NCBI GenBank assembly: GCA_965262725.1 | Contig: OZ253555.1 | Coordinates: 672,001-736,000 of the forward strand | DNA: 64,000 nucleotides | Origin: Dehalococcoidia bacterium | GTDB taxonomy: Bacteria; Chloroflexota; Dehalococcoidia; UBA2979 | Direction: 5' to 3' | Part shown: one piece after another, positions 9,739 to 19,512 of the stretch | Layout: every line of letters begins with the position of its first letter | Position numbering within the stretch: position 1 is the first letter of the stretch | Translations under genes and position numbers: made by a program | The notes under the pieces: generated by a model | What the model was told of the DNA's origin: nothing | The model's input: the letters and a program-made list of their open reading frames with translations, nothing else | The model's database searches: none

Positions 9739-10725
9739 TCAGGCGAGCGGGCGTGCACCCCGGAGCGCCTGCGGGGCGAAGCGTCGGCCGCGCTCCCATC
9801 GCCTGAGGCCGAGCGCCGAGACGACCTCCCAGCCGCCGTCCGCAGTGGGGATCAGCACGGCCCCCCGGCCGAAGCCGGCGCGGTAGTGGATCGCCGCCAG
9901 GAGGTCGAGACGGCGGCAGGCGGTGAGCCAGCAGCCGTAGAGGTGGCGTGCCAGCTCGTCCGGCAGCCCGTCCAGCTCGGCGGATTCGAGCAGCTCGATC
10001 GCCCGGGCCGGCTCGCGCCGGTACAGGCGCCGCGCCTCGCGGAGCGCCGCCTCCGCGGCCCTCGTCTTGACGTCCTGTTCGCGCCGCCGTAGCGTTACGA
10101 ACGTACGTTCGAGGTCCGGCACGCTGCTGATTGTCTTTCCTACGGATGACAGCAGCCGCCGGGCCTCACCAATCCTTCCGCCGTCCAGGTGGTCCCCGGC
10201 CAGCTCCAGCTCATCCCGCATCCGCGCCTCCTCTTCCTGCGCCTGCTCCTCCGCCAGCAGTCGGGCGATGTCCTCACGCCCGGCGAGCGTCGCAGCCTCT
10301 CGTTCCAGCACGGCGGCGTGCGCCTCGGCCTGGTTCACGAGCCGCTGAGCCGCCCCCGCCACGCCCTCCGCCCGCTGCCCGGCGGCGGGCTCGAAGGCCG
10401 ACCGCGCGAGTGCGCCGGCACGGCCCGCGGCCTCGCCCAGCTCCGAGGCGACCCCCCGCAGCCGTGCGGCCTCGCTCCGGAGCGCCCTGAGGCGGCCGAG
10501 ACCCTGCTCCGCCTCCCGGCGGCGCTCGCCGTCACGGGCGAGCAGCACCTGCAGCTCGTCGAGCGCCCGCCGCGCCGCCCGCGTGAGCGCCTCGATCTCC
10601 TCCGGTCCGCTGCGCCGGATCACGGGCACGAGCGCCCGCGTCCCGGGGACCGGCCCCGCCTCGGCGAACAACCCGCGGACTCCTGCCAGCTCACCCAGAC
10701 TCGTCAGCACGATTTCCTGCGTCAC
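9739..10725 (-). CDS. Hypothetical coiled-coil/helical protein
   Basis: 328-aa Ala/Glu/Arg-rich ORF whose start overlaps the stop of the upstream gene. Confidence 0.65.
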   Translation of the reverse strand: MTQEIVLTSLGELAGVRGLFAEAGPVPGTRALVPVIRRSGPEEIEALTRAARRALDELQVLLARDGERRREAEQGLGRLRALRSEAARLRGVASELGEAAGRAGALARSAFEPAAGQRAEGVAGAAQRLVNQAEAHAAVLEREAATLAGREDIARLLAEEQAQEEEARMRDELELAGDHLDGGRIGEARRLLSSVGKTISSVPDLERTFVTLRRREQDVKTRAAEAALREARRLYRREPARAIELLESAELDGLPDELARHLYGCWLTACRRLDLLAAIHYRAGFGRGAVLIPTADGGWEVVSALGLRRWERGRRFAPQALRGARPLA

Positions 10726-11345
10726 CTTCCATCACTCCTTCCCGCCGCTGCGGCGAATCCGCCGTTGCGGCCCTCGAACGCCTCCAGGGGCGATGCTTCC
10801 TTCTCGAACGGGCCCACCCACGGGGTCGGTTCCGCCGGTGCCGGCTCCGGCGCCGGCTCCTGCTCGGGCCGAACCCGCTCCGGCTCCCGCGGCATGCTCA
10901 CGGGCGTTCCGAGCTGTGGGGCCACGACGCGCTGGAGCTGCTGCCTGAGGGTCGCCAGCAGCTCCTCGTCGTCCACGTCCCGGCCTGATGCCGTCAGCGC
11001 GAGGAAGAGCACGTGCCGCCTGTGGCCCTCTGCGTCCTCGAACACCTGCAGCAGCGACTCCAGCGGACGCTCCTCGAGCGTGACCGTGCGCTGCACCACC
11101 ACGAGCAGGTGCCCGGGCGGTGCCACGCCGAGTCCGCGGAGGTGATCCCGCGTCACGCGTGTGATCGCACGCCTGAGGCGTCGCCCCTGTCTTCCGTCCA
11201 CGTCCGCCTCGACCGTCGGGCGCCACGGCCGCCTGCGTGCGGCACACGCGCTCCGCATCGCCGTGAACCGCCGGCCGCACCCGTTCCGCATGCGGGCCAC
11301 CGGCCCCGCGGCCCGGCCCCTCCGGCCCTTCTTCCTGCCTGCCAT
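10722..11345 (-). CDS. Hypothetical protein, first clear gene of the leftward operon
   Basis: AGGAGAG RBS; globular core (HLLVVVQR..LLQVFED..VLFLAL). Confidence 0.6.
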   Translation of the reverse strand: MAGRKKGRRGRAAGPVARMRNGCGRRFTAMRSACAARRRPWRPTVEADVDGRQGRRLRRAITRVTRDHLRGLGVAPPGHLLVVVQRTVTLEERPLESLLQVFEDAEGHRRHVLFLALTASGRDVDDEELLATLRQQLQRVVAPQLGTPVSMPREPERVRPEQEPAPEPAPAEPTPWVGPFEKEASPLEAFEGRNGGFAAAAGRSDGR

Positions 11346-11872
11346 CCGACTCTCTCCTTCTGCTGCTCCGTCCCGGCTCATCGCGGCGGGACGGCCCTTA
11401 ACTCGATCGCCGAGTCCTCCCCGGCACAGAAAAGCCCCGTGGCACGGGAGCCGTACGGGGCTGCTTCGCCGCCGACACCCGACCCGCGGCACGCGCGGGG
11501 CGATGCCGCAGCTCGCCTCTGCGAGGCCTCGGGTCTCAGTCGTCGCTCGTGGTCGCCTCTATGCGAACCGGGGCCGGTCCGCTTCATTCGTCTTCCTCGG
11601 TGGTCCTCCTCCGTCTGTCGAACCTCTCGGTCCGCCACGTCGCTGTCTCGCTGCCTTCCCTGCTGCTCGTGCACCTCCTCTACCGTCGTTCGTCTCTGGG
11701 TTGCCCTGTCTGCTCGATTCGATGCCTGCCGCGGAGAGCGCTGCTCGTTGCCTCGGGTGAGGGTGATCCGTGCCTGCGTCCCGGATGAGCGATCCGTGCC
11801 GGTTTCTCTTCTCCCTGGAGTTGGCGGTACCGGCGAAACGCACTGCTGACGAGGGGAAGGCTACGCCCAGAC

Positions 11873-11941
11873 GTTCACAGAAAGTTCCGGCTGCGTTCCA
11901 TGAGAGTTCCAAACGTTCCGGATTTCTTCCGGATTTGTTCC
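11873..11941 (-). promoter_or_regulatory. Phased GGAAC direct-repeat array upstream of the leftward primase operon
   Basis: GTTC(C/A) at 11873, 11884, 11895, 11906, 11915, (11926), 11937; spacing 11,11,11,9,11,11. Inverted homolog of 35167-35246. Confidence 0.75.
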
Positions 11942-12297
11942 TTTTCCGCCGTGCGGGGCCGATTGGCGCCGCCAGCCCCGTCCCGGAGGGCGCCGCGACT
12001 CCCGGGCTGCGGGAATGACCCGGAACGATGGGCACGGTGGCAGCCGCACGGCCGTGGACGCGGCTCGACCCCGGTCCAGGCTGGTCGCACGAGCGATCAG
12101 CCGCGTGCCGACGGTCCGCTACCTCAGCAGCGCATGGATTGAATCTGGCCACGCGACCGTCGGAACCTCTCCCGGGGCCCCTGCCTGTGGCCCACGCCGT
12201 CCGGTCAGGGCCGTGCGGACCCGCTTGGGCGCCCGCGCACGGGCCGGCCGCGGGCCGGCGGCTTCGCCCGGGCAGGCGACTCCGCCTTCGGGTCGCA

Positions 12298-12335
12298 GGA
12301 ACGCCCTGTGAACAAATCCGGAACAAATTAGGAGC
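12298..12335 (+). promoter_or_regulatory. Third, shorter 11-bp phased GGAAC array (divergent)
   Basis: GGAAC 12298, TGAAC 12309, GGAAC 12320, GGAGC 12331; shares GAACAAATCCGGAACAAAT with the 35.2 kb array. Confidence 0.6.
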
Positions 12336-12999
12336 GGATCTTTGTATTTTGTTTTCTTGAACGGGGTGTGCAGGTCGCGTTCTGGCTCGCTCACGGACGA
12401 TCCGTGCATCCCCACAGCGAGCAGCACGTCCCGGCAGTCGGCTCTGTCCTCAGTGGTAGTGATCCCGCCTCAGCAGACGTGCGGCTTCTTGCGAACTCAC
12501 GGGTGCTGGACGAGTTCACTGCTGGAGTCGGTACCGGTCGGTCGCATGGCGACTCCAGTCACGGGCATGCACGCTCGGCAGAGTGCCGTTCTCGAAGCGC
12601 CCACGGACGAGATGTCAGGAGTGGCGACGACCCTCGTCCTGCTGCGCGAGCGCACCCACGACGTCGTGGTACCGCTGGCCGAGCAGCGCCGCCGACCGAA
12701 GGCTCCGCAGGTGCGCACGACGCCGGCCTGCTCCCCCGAAAGGGGACGTGTTCGCGCGGTGTACGCCATCGCCGTAGCCCAGACCGCTGCCGGCAGCACC
12801 TGCCCGGCACGGCTCCACCGAAGGTCCGGTCCGACGTGGATGCGGGGAGATGCACAGAGGTGCCTCGCTGACTCTGGGATAATGATGTCTGACGGCCTTC
12901 CGCCCCTGACGCCGCTGATCGCCAGGAGTGGCGATCCGCCGGCCATACCGGGGCGGGCGCGCCGAGGAACCGCATTCCGGGACAAGAGGAGAGGATCTG

Positions 13000-13257
13000 A
13001 TGCCCACATTCACGAAGATGGACCCTGCTGATGTCGCCGTCGGCCGCGGGCGCGCCGCCGCGGAGATGCGGAAGCCCTACATCGAGGCGCTGAACGCGGG
13101 CGACGCGGGGAGCGTGGAGCTTGAGCGCGGCGAGAAGCCGGCGACCGTGAAGCGGCTGCTTCAGGAAGCGGCACGTCAGGCGAACGTCCGCATCCGCTGC
13201 TCGTGGGCGGACAGCCAGCAGCGCATGCTGGTGTGGAAGAAGGTTGGCACGCGCTGA
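13000..13257 (+). CDS. Small basic hypothetical protein (possible DNA-binding)
   Basis: GAGGAGAGG RBS; 85 aa MPTFTKMDP..WKKVGTR; -10-like GGGATAAT near 12877. Confidence 0.7.
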   Translation: MPTFTKMDPADVAVGRGRAAAEMRKPYIEALNAGDAGSVELERGEKPATVKRLLQEAARQANVRIRCSWADSQQRMLVWKKVGTR

Positions 13258-13633
13258 CGCGGCGCGCGCGGCACCGGAGGGGCTCCAGCGGATCCCGCCT
13301 CGCGGTCGGGACTCCGCCCCGACCTTGCCGCGCGGGGACGTTACGTACATTCCTCTTCACGGCGCTCGCCGGCACGACCGTCCGACGCCGTTGATCCAGG
13401 CCTATGCCCGGCCCAGTGGAGCGCGTGCAAGCGCGCTCGATGACTCGCGACCTGACGCCCCCCGGTGCGGCGCGCGCCGCTTCAGCACTTGGCGGGTCGG
13501 GGACGGTGCCGGGTGCGTTGCTCCGGCGGCCCACCGATCGTGCGGGCGGGGCACCGAAGGGATCGTGTTTCTGAGTGCCGCCCACGAAGAAGATGGCGAC
13601 CGCCCGGGAGGACGAGAACGGGGAGGCCGGAGG

Positions 13634-13837
13634 ATGACCGGGGCCTTCTTCGTCAACGAGGACAAGCCGACCGGCTCGGCGACGGTCCACCAGGCGGGGG
13701 GCCCCTGCCGTGTCCCCCAGCGGAAGCGGGCACGAGATGGGCAATGGCACGGCCCGTTTCGACTCAAGGAGGGGGCCCTGCGAGTTGCCCGTGACGTCGG
13801 CCGCGACGTCTACGAATGCCAGCGCTGTAACCCCTGA
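13634..13837 (+). CDS. Small Cys/His (putative Zn-binding) protein
   Basis: GGAGG RBS; VH..C..WHGPF..CQRC; homologous to the N-terminus of the 5396 recombinase. Confidence 0.7.
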   Translation: MTGAFFVNEDKPTGSATVHQAGGPCRVPQRKRARDGQWHGPFRLKEGALRVARDVGRDVYECQRCNP

Positions 13838-13974
13838 GGCCGCGTCCGCCGTCCTCCCGTGGGCGCGCCCGGGCGGGGTGCTCGGCTGCACATGGCGATT
13901 CGTCGTTCCCGCGGTTGCGTCCGTTGCTCTCGACACGACACGTCCGGTGGCAGGCAGACACGGGGACTGGCGGG

Positions 13975-14868
13975 TCAGCGGCCGGCCATCCGGTCGCCGC
14001 CGGCCGCCGCCACGTCGAAGGGCACATCGATCGTGACGGCCGGCCACAGTCCGATCGAACGGAGGTAGCCGACCACCCGACGCCAGGCCTCGTCGGCGCC
14101 GACGGTCAGCTGCATCATCGCGTTCTGCGGATTGGGAAAGTGCACACCGAACAGCTGGTTGATGAACGGCCGCGCAAACCCTGTCATCTGCGGCGCGCGG
14201 AAGGGTGTGCACGGCACGAACGAGAACGGTGCGGTCGTGATCTGATCGAGCATCCGCCCGTTGTACAGAACCCGGTGCCCGAACTCGACGGAGGCGTTGC
14301 CCCGCATGAGCGAGGTCTCTACGTAGAACCCGTCGATTGCGGCCTCGTCGGCGATGTCGCAGCCGCGACGGCTCATGCCGTACGGGAAGCGCTCCGCAAC
14401 GACGAAGGCGGTATCGAGCATGAAGTCGAACCCGGCCTCGCCCGCGCGGACCGAGCCGAAGAAGATGACATCCCCGTCATCGAGGTCCCGAAGTACCGGT
14501 CGCGCCTCCTGCCGGCAGATCGCGTACCGCATCTGCGACCCGAAGACCCACGGGTCCGTGTTCTGGGCACGCGGCGGTGGCTTTCCCGGTGTGACGAGGC
14601 GGTGTAGCTGCGTCGGTAGTCCTGACTCGCGGGCCGAGAGCGACGTGACGCTCGTCGGAGCTTCCCACTCGCCCCAGAACCCGATCGACTGCGCCGCGGG
14701 CCGGCGCATCCACCGGCCGTCGTCACCGACCGGGATCGCGAGTCGGGCGTCTGCGTTGATGAACTTGCGTGTGTGACCGCGACCCGTGTTCCAGGCGCAC
14801 CGATCATCCTGGAGGGAGCGTGCCGACGGCTCACCGCCGGGATGATTGAAGAGGATCGCGCGTCCCAT
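13975..14868 (-). CDS. Hypothetical protein with conserved-looking motifs (weak Nmad2-like resemblance)
   Basis: GGAGG RBS; HPGGE, WN.G.H.RKF, FWGEWE, NTDP.VFG, Y..C.Q, GDVIFFGS, F.LDT.FVV. Confidence 0.65.
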   Translation of the reverse strand: MGRAILFNHPGGEPSARSLQDDRCAWNTGRGHTRKFINADARLAIPVGDDGRWMRRPAAQSIGFWGEWEAPTSVTSLSARESGLPTQLHRLVTPGKPPPRAQNTDPWVFGSQMRYAICRQEARPVLRDLDDGDVIFFGSVRAGEAGFDFMLDTAFVVAERFPYGMSRRGCDIADEAAIDGFYVETSLMRGNASVEFGHRVLYNGRMLDQITTAPFSFVPCTPFRAPQMTGFARPFINQLFGVHFPNPQNAMMQLTVGADEAWRRVVGYLRSIGLWPAVTIDVPFDVAAAGGDRMAGR

Positions 14869-14919
14869 CTGCGGGCTCCCTCCGCGCCGTCCCGGGGAGT
14901 CTACGCCCGGTCCGGGGTC

Positions 14920-15745
14920 CCGCGCGCACGAGCCGAGCTCCTCGACGCTCCCGCCCTCGTAGAGGACGAGGCTGACGCCCGAGGCGATCTCTCCGCGCAG
15001 GCAGCCCGGCCAGGACTGCGCCGCCACGCCGTCGCGCGACGGGTCGGCCGTGGCCGGTCCGTCGCTCCGGGCGATCACGAGCGCCGTGGCCGGGACGCCC
15101 TCCGCGTACAGCTCGAGGGAGGAGCGGTTCACGAATTCCGGCGCCCCGAGGATGTAGGAGACGTAGGCGCCGCCCTCGAGCTCGTAGAGCGCCGTGACGT
15201 GCCGGCTCTCGGCGCAGCCGACCAGGTCGCCGACGCTTCCCCCCTCGTAGATTGAGGATGCTGAAGCCCACCGCCACGGCGCCCCGCAGGCAGTCCGGCG
15301 CCGGCCCCGCCTCCTCGAACCCGACGTGGTAGACGCGCGTGCGGCTGCCGTCCCCCGAGGTCACCCGTCACCGTGATCTCGCGGAGGTCCTCCAGGGCAA
15401 CCTGGTGGCCCTCCGCCTCCTCGTCGGCATCGGGCGGGTCGATGTCGACGTCGCCGAGGCGATGCAGCGCCTCGGCGGTGACGGTCGTCTCGCTCACGCC
15501 GTCGTCCGCTGCGCCCTCGTAGCCGGTGGTGCCGGGGTCGAACTCCCCGATGTCGACGTCGCTCAGCGTGAGCGAGCTGAGGCGAGCAATGGCGTCGGGC
15601 ATGTTGTAGGTGTAGACGCGATCGTCGCTCTCGACGGCGACGTACATCACGTCGCCGTCGGACCAGATGCCTCGCGGGCTGTTGTTGCTGGCCTTCTTCA
15701 GTTCCCTGGACTCTCCGAACTCCTCGTCGCGGACGCGCTCCAGCT
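14920..15745 (-). pseudogene. Fragment of a surface protein (propeller repeat, cadherin-like beta-sandwich, YEGGSV/GAP..VN domains), frameshifted
   Basis: PRGIWSDGDVMYV; LSSLTLS..F.PGTT.Y..ITVTVTS.DGS.TRVY; two YEGGSV..L..CA repeats across frame changes. Confidence 0.7.
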
Positions 15746-18460
15746 CCTGTGGGAGATCGCGCGGCGCTGCTACGGCGACGGCAGCCGCTTCGTCGAGATC
15801 TTCGAGGCGAGCCGCGGCCTGCCGATGGAGGGCGGCGAACACTTCAGCGACCCGCGGGTCATCCGGCCCGGCTGGGTGCTGCGCGTGCCGCTGCCCGCGC
15901 TCAACGTGGACGCCGGGGACGACGTCACGACCTACCGCGTGCGCCGCGGCGACCACCTCTGGGGGATCGCCGAGCGCTTCCTCGGCGACGGCTTCCGCTG
16001 GATCGAGATCTGGGAGCACAACAGCGGGCGGGAGGTGGACGCGGGCTCCCGGCTCACCGACCCGAACCAGATCCACCCGGGATGGCTGCTGGAGCTGCCG
16101 CTGCGGGACGGCGAGGCGGCGCTGCGGGCAGAGGCCCGGGCCCCGGCGGCACCCCCCGCGCCTCTCCCGGTGGAGAGCGCGGTCCGGCCGGCCTTCGCGG
16201 ACGCCATGGCTGGTGCTGCCACCCGCGCCGGCACCGTGGCCGCCGGGGACGCCGATGCAGACGCCGGCGTTGCGGATGGCGGTGGTGGCTGGGACTGGGA
16301 ATGGCCGCAGGTGCCGCGAACGGTCACCTGGAGCGCGGCGGGCTTCGCGGTGATCGGCGGCACGGCCATCTTCGTGCAGCGGCTGCACCGCGGAGGCCGG
16401 CTGCGGTTCCGCCCCGGCGGGGGCCGCGGCGGGGACGGTCCGGGCGACGCCGGGCGCGTGGCGCTCGCCACCGGTGCGCTCGGGACGGCGCTCGCGGACC
16501 TTGGCTTCGCTGGCTCGATGCCGCTGCTCGTGCTCGAAGGGGGCTCGGTGCTCGAGTTCACGGTGGCGTGCCCGCCCGGTGACGCCGGCGCCCTCCTCGC
16601 GGCGCGCCATGACCTCGAGCGCCGCCTCGGCTGCGATGTCGAGGCCGCGGCGCACGGCCCCACGCGCGTCGCACTGACGCTGGGTGCGTCCGGGCGGCCT
16701 CCGGGCGGGCTCGGCGAGGCACCGTACGCCTCGCCGGCGCTCGTGGTGCCGGTCGGCGCGACCGACGCGGGCGTCGTCTACCTCAACCTCGCGGCCGCGG
16801 GCAGCGTGACCGTGACCGGCCCGGCCGGGGAGCGGCGGGCACGGCTGCGCTCGTGGGTCGCGACGCTCCAGACGACCTGTAGCCCGGACCAGCTCTCATT
16901 CCGCGTGGACTCCGCCGCCGCCGGGCTGCTCGATGCGGATGAGGGTCTCCTCTACTTCGGCGACGCGGCCGGCGCCCATGGCGCCGCGGACCTGGCGGAC
17001 GAACTGGATGAGATCATCCAGAGCCGGAACTCGGGTCATGGGATGAGCCGGCCGCTCGTCGCCGTCTTCGATCTGACCGGAAGCGGCGACGATGTGCCGG
17101 CCGGAGCGATGCGCCACGGGCCGGCGGCCGGGTCATCGTGATCCGCTGCCTGCCGCCGGGCGAATCCGCGGATCCGCTCACGGACTCCGGAGGGCTGGTC
17201 GCCTTCCGCGGGGCGGGAGACGGAGCGGACGGAGACGCGGACGCAGTCCCGCCCGGTGCGATCGTCCTGAGGATCGGCCGGGACGGGCCGCTGCTGCTCG
17301 AGCGGTGCACGTGCGGCGGGACACGTCGGCCAGGTGGAGCGAGAGCGCGGACCCGGCCGCGCTGACAGACGTGCTCGACCGGATGGCCGGGGATCTGCCA
17401 CCTCCACGGGAGGCGGACGTGAGCACCTCGGCCGACGGACGACCACGGACCGGCGCCGCTCGCGAGGGCGATGCCGAAGGTGTGGGCGCCGCCCTCGCGC
17501 ACCCGGTGATGCCCCGCGACCCGCTCGCCGCGTTCGCGGCGGACGACGGCGTCGGGGACCAGGACGCGGCCTGTGCACCCGTCCAGCCGGACGGCGAGGC
17601 CGAGCCGGATCCTCCCGGGCCCGTGGAGCCTGCGGTCGGGCACGATACCGGGTGCGAGGACGGGTGCGCGTGGCCAGCCGTCCCCGCGGAGCAGGCTGAA
17701 GAGGATGTCTCGCCGCAGGCCGGTGAGGCGCCCGACGAAGCGATCCTCTCCGGCGAAGCCCTGCGGGCCGAGGGCCCGGTGACGCCGCCGGAGCCGCAAC
17801 CGGTGGCGGCGCCGGGCGGTGTCAGCCAGCCCGCGGCCGCGATCCGCCAGTCGGCGCTGCTCACGCACGACGGCCTCCCCGCGGCGGCGGTGGATGCCCC
17901 GACCGCCGCGCAGGCGGTCTTCACGGTGCGGTCTTCGAGCTGCAGCTCGGAACCACGACCGTCGCGGGCTGGCCCATAGCGAAGTCCCGCGAACTGCTGG
18001 CGTTCCTCGCCACGCATGGCGGAACGCCCGTGCCACGCGAGTTCGTCGCCGAGGCGCTGTGGCCGGACCTACCCCTGGGATGCGAGCCTCCGGCACACCA
18101 TCGCGAATGCCGTGAGCAGCCTGCGGGGAGTCGTGCGGTCCGCGGCAGGCAGCGATGAACTTGCAGCCGGTGGTCACCGCCCGCCAGCGATACCAGCTCC
18201 AGACCGCTCTCTTCCGCATCGACCTCGACGAATTCGAGTCCGCGCTCAGGCGCGCGGCCGTGCTCCCCGATGTGGACGCGCTTGCCGAGTACGAGCGCGC
18301 CGCGGCGCTCTGCCGGGGAGACTTGATCGAGGGAGAGCCGTTCCCGTGGCTCGACGCCTGCCGGGCCGACTACCGCCGGCGAGCGGCCGAAGGGGCGAGC
18401 CGCGGCGCGGTGATCGCCGCACGGCTCGGGGAGCGGGAGCGGGCTGCGCTTCTCTACGGG
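15746..18460 (+). pseudogene. LysM-LysM-TM-linker-wHTH/BTAD membrane-anchored SARP-like regulator (5'-truncated, several frameshifts), copy 2
   Basis: Two LysM domains (LWEIA..YGDG; YRVRRGDHLWGIAERFLGDG..IHPGW.L.LP), TM WSAAGFAVIGGTAIFV, then KSRELLAFLA..EALWP and IDLDEFE..BTAD. Confidence 0.75.
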
Positions 18461-19512
18461 GGAGGCATGGGAGGCGCAGCGGGAGGCGGGCGAGGGAGGA
18501 ACTCCCGAATCCGCCGACCGCTAGTTCGTTCTATGCGCTCGCTTCCCAACGGATCATGTCCGCCTCGTGGGGGCGTGGCGACCGGCGGAGGAACGGTCCC
18601 CTGAGGAACGCGGGTGACCAGCATGCCCGCTCCGCACTGATCGCGAATGACGCCGGGCACGACCTGTGGCGCCCGTGGGGCGCGGTCGAGCGGGTCGCCC
18701 ACGGGGTCACCAACCGCAGGGCGTGGTGATGGGCTCGCGAGCGTCGGACGCCTCCACCGCGTGATCCTCACGCACGAGCCGACCGGCGAGGCGGCGGCGC
18801 GCGGGCTGGTGTGCCAGCTCGAGGCTACGGGGCGGGGCACGGCGACGACCTTCACCGGGCCGGCGCGCCGAAACGGGATCGCTGAGCGCAATCCTAGCGA
18901 ATAGGCTGCGATCAGCCCCGAGCATAGCTTCTTCCTGAGAATCGTTACCGAACTGCCACTAGAAGGGGGCCGATTGTCCACTGAACGTTCATAGCTAGTT
19001 GGTACGCTGCCATGAATGGACCCCGTGCTCCGGGAGGCATTGACGTGGCGCTCGACAGACCAGTCCATGCACCTGAGATGGTGGGCGGAACGACGGCCCG
19101 TGCCGTCGCTCTGGGGTCTCCTGTGCAGGGCGACCTAGCACATACCCCCCTCCCCCCACTTCTGTATCGCCCATGCTTCATCGCGCTTCCTCCTGCATCC
19201 CGTCCCGCCGGGCCGTGCTTCGACGCGGCTCGTGCCGCTTGCGATCGTCGCCGGCCTCACGGGCCGTTCGCGGCGGTGGGCGCGGGCAACGCCGACCGGG
19301 CGGAACACCCCGCGGGTTCTCACTGACCACTCGCCCCCTGCGCCCGCACGGTCCGGTGCCGGCACCGAGGGAGCACGCGTGACCATGCGGGAACGGCCAC
19401 CGGTCGGCTACGCGGTCCCTGACTCACGGGCAGCACCGTCGCACGTCCCGGTCGGGGCGATGCCGACAGCGCGCCGTGCCACTTGGCACGTCGGTGGGGG
19501 AATGGCGGACCG

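Noticed and set aside
15339-15745. N-terminus of the 600-aa LysM ORF as listed
   Set aside because: This segment is the antisense of the cadherin-like pseudogene; the LysM gene is 5'-truncated at ~15746.
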